A DNA stretch of 64,000 nucleotides from Macrostomum lignano (taxonomy: Eukaryota): the NCBI GenBank assembly GCA_002269645.1, contig NIVC01001014.1, positions 124,001-188,000 of the forward strand, given 5' to 3'. Numbering within the stretch: position 1 is the stretch's first letter; each line of letters starts with the position of its first letter. A program made the position numbers and the translations under genes. This document shows positions 62,101 through 64,000 of this stretch, one piece after another. The notes beneath the pieces are model-generated. The model was not told the origin of the DNA. It made no database searches and was given only the letters and a program-made list of their open reading frames with translations.

Positions 62101-64000
62101 AAAGCCATCAAGCTGATGAAAGCCAATCAAGCTGATAAAAAGCCATCAAGCTGATGAAAAGCCAATCAAGCTGATAAAAAGCCATCAAGCTGATGAAAAG
62201 CCAATCAAGCTGATAAAAAGCCATCAAGCTGATGAAAAAGTCTCAAGCTGATGAAAGCCAATCAAGCTGATAAAAAGCCATTCAAGCTGATGAAGAGCCA
62301 ATCAAGCTGATAAAAAGCCATTCAAGCTGATGAAAGCCAATCAAGCTGATAAAAAGCCATCAAGCTGATGAAGAGCCAATCAAGCTGATAAAAAGCCATC
62401 AAGCTGATGAAGAGCCAATCAAGCTGATAAAAAGCTCAAGCTGATGAAGAGCCAATCAAGCTGATAAAAAGCCATTCAAGCTGATGAAGAGCCAATCAAG
62501 CTGATAAAAAGCCATCAAGCTGATGAAGAGCCAATCAAGCTGATAAAAAGCCATCAAGCTGATGAAGAGCCAATCAAGCTGATAAAAAGCCATTCAAGCT
62601 GATGAAGAGCCAATCAAGCTGATAAAAAGCCATTCAAGCTGATGAAGAGCCAATCAAGCTGATAAAAAGCTTCAAGCTGATGAAGAGCCAATCAAGCTGA
62701 TAAAAAGCCATTCAAGCTGATGAAGAGCCAATCAAGCTGATAAAAAGCCATTCAAGCTGATGAAAAGCCAATCAAGCTGATAAAAAGCCAATCAAGCTGA
62801 TAAAAGCCAATCAAGCTGATGAAAAGCCAATCAAGCTGATAAAAAGCCAATCAAGCTGATAAAAGCTTTCAAGCTGATGAAGAGCCAATCAAGCTGATAA
62901 AAAGCCATTCAAGCTGATGAAGAGCCAATCAAGCTGATAAAAAGCCATCAAGCTGATGAAGAGCCAATCAAGCTGATAAAAAGTCAAGCTGATGAAAGCC
63001 AATCAAGCTGATAAAAAGCCATTCAAGCTGATGAAAGCCAATCAAGCTGATAAAAAGCCATTCAAGCTGATGAAGAGCCAATCAAGCTGATAAAAAGCCA
63101 TTCAAGCTGATGAAGAGCCAATCAAGCTGATAAAAAGCTTCAAGCTGATGAAGAGCCAATCAAGCTGATAAAAAGCCATTCAAGCTGATGAAAAGCCAAT
63201 CAAGCTGATAAAAAGCCATTCAAGCTGATGAAAAGCCAATCAAGCTGATAAAAAGCCATCAAGCTGATGAAAGCCAATCAAGCTGATGAAAAGCCAATCA
63301 AGCTGATAAAGCCAATCAAGCTGATAAAAAGCTCAAGCTGATGAAGAGCCAATCAAGCTGATAAAAAGCCATTCAAGCTGATGAAGAGCCAATCAAGCTG
63401 ATAAAAAGCCAGTCAAGCTGATGAAAGCCAATCAAGCTGATAAAAAGCTTCCAATCAAGCTGATAAAAAGAAGCTGATGAAGAGCCAATCAAGCTGATAA
63501 AAAGCCATTCAAGCTGATGAAGAGCCAATCAAGCTGATAAAAGCTCAAGCTGATGAAGAGCCAATCAAGCTGATAAAAAGCCATTCAAGCTGATGAAGAG
63601 CCAATCAAGCTGATAAAAAGCCAGTCAAGCTGATGAAAGCCAATCAAGCTGATAAAAAGCCAGTCAAGCTGATGAAAAGCCAATCAAGCTGATAAAAAGC
63701 CATTCAAGCTGATGAAGAGCCAATCAAGCTGATAAAAAGCCAGTCAAGCTGATGAAAGCCAATCAAGCTGATAAAAAGCCAGTCAAGCTGATGAAAAGCC
63801 AATCAAGCTGATAAAAAGCCATTCAAGCTGATGAAGAGCCAATCAAGCTGATAAAAAGCCAGTCAAGCTGATGAAAGCCAATCAAGCTGATAAAAAGCCA
63901 GTCAAGCTGATGAAAAGCCAATCAAGCTGATAAAAAGCCATTCAAGCTGATGAAGAGCCAATCAAGCTGATAAAAAGCCAGTCAAGCTGATGAAAGCCAA

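Larger units (their letters stand above)
6260..64000 (+). repeat. Satellite array, 20-bp monomer CAAGCTGATRAARAGCCADT (variants ...AAGTCTTT, ...AAAAACCAGT), ~2,900 copies, single orientation, runs off the window end
   Basis: Directly visible. The core CAAGCTGAT is nearly invariant. No inversions, spacers or inserted elements were seen in 57.7 kb. Confidence 0.99.

Noticed and set aside
6260-64000. CRISPR array
   Set aside because: Monomers are contiguous with no unique spacers, there are no cas genes, and the context is a spliced eukaryotic gene.

Overview
Eukaryotic DNA in two parts. (1) 1-6259 is single/low-copy sequence. It holds a degraded, internally deleted RTE-type non-LTR retrotransposon on the minus strand (~908-2271; APE endonuclease and YADD reverse transcriptase remnants). 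It also holds a compact spliced plus-strand gene that the ORF track misses: signal-peptide exon 2866-2932, 12-nt microexon 3535-3546, WSC-domain exon 4205-4503, an identical 12-nt microexon 5221-5232, and a terminal WSC exon 5769-6058. The predicted product is a ~225-aa secreted two-WSC protein. Oddities of this gene: its first splice donor is amplified eight times by a minisatellite; its duplicated introns are ~95% identical while the WSC exons are only ~40% identical in protein; and exon 3 is one base out of phase with the strong microexon acceptor. (2) 6260-64000 is a single-orientation satellite of a 20-bp monomer (CAAGCTGATRAARAGCCADT, ~2,900 copies). It shows 40-bp dimer alternation, 240-bp and ~1.8-1.9-kb higher-order repeats, and a CCAAT-box plus GATA consensus in most dimers. 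Much of the array interior carries deletion noise that looks like a consensus/polishing artefact. From memory the RT peptide resembles RTE-like proteins annotated in the flatworm Macrostomum lignano; this host guess is unverified. All identities and counts are by eye.
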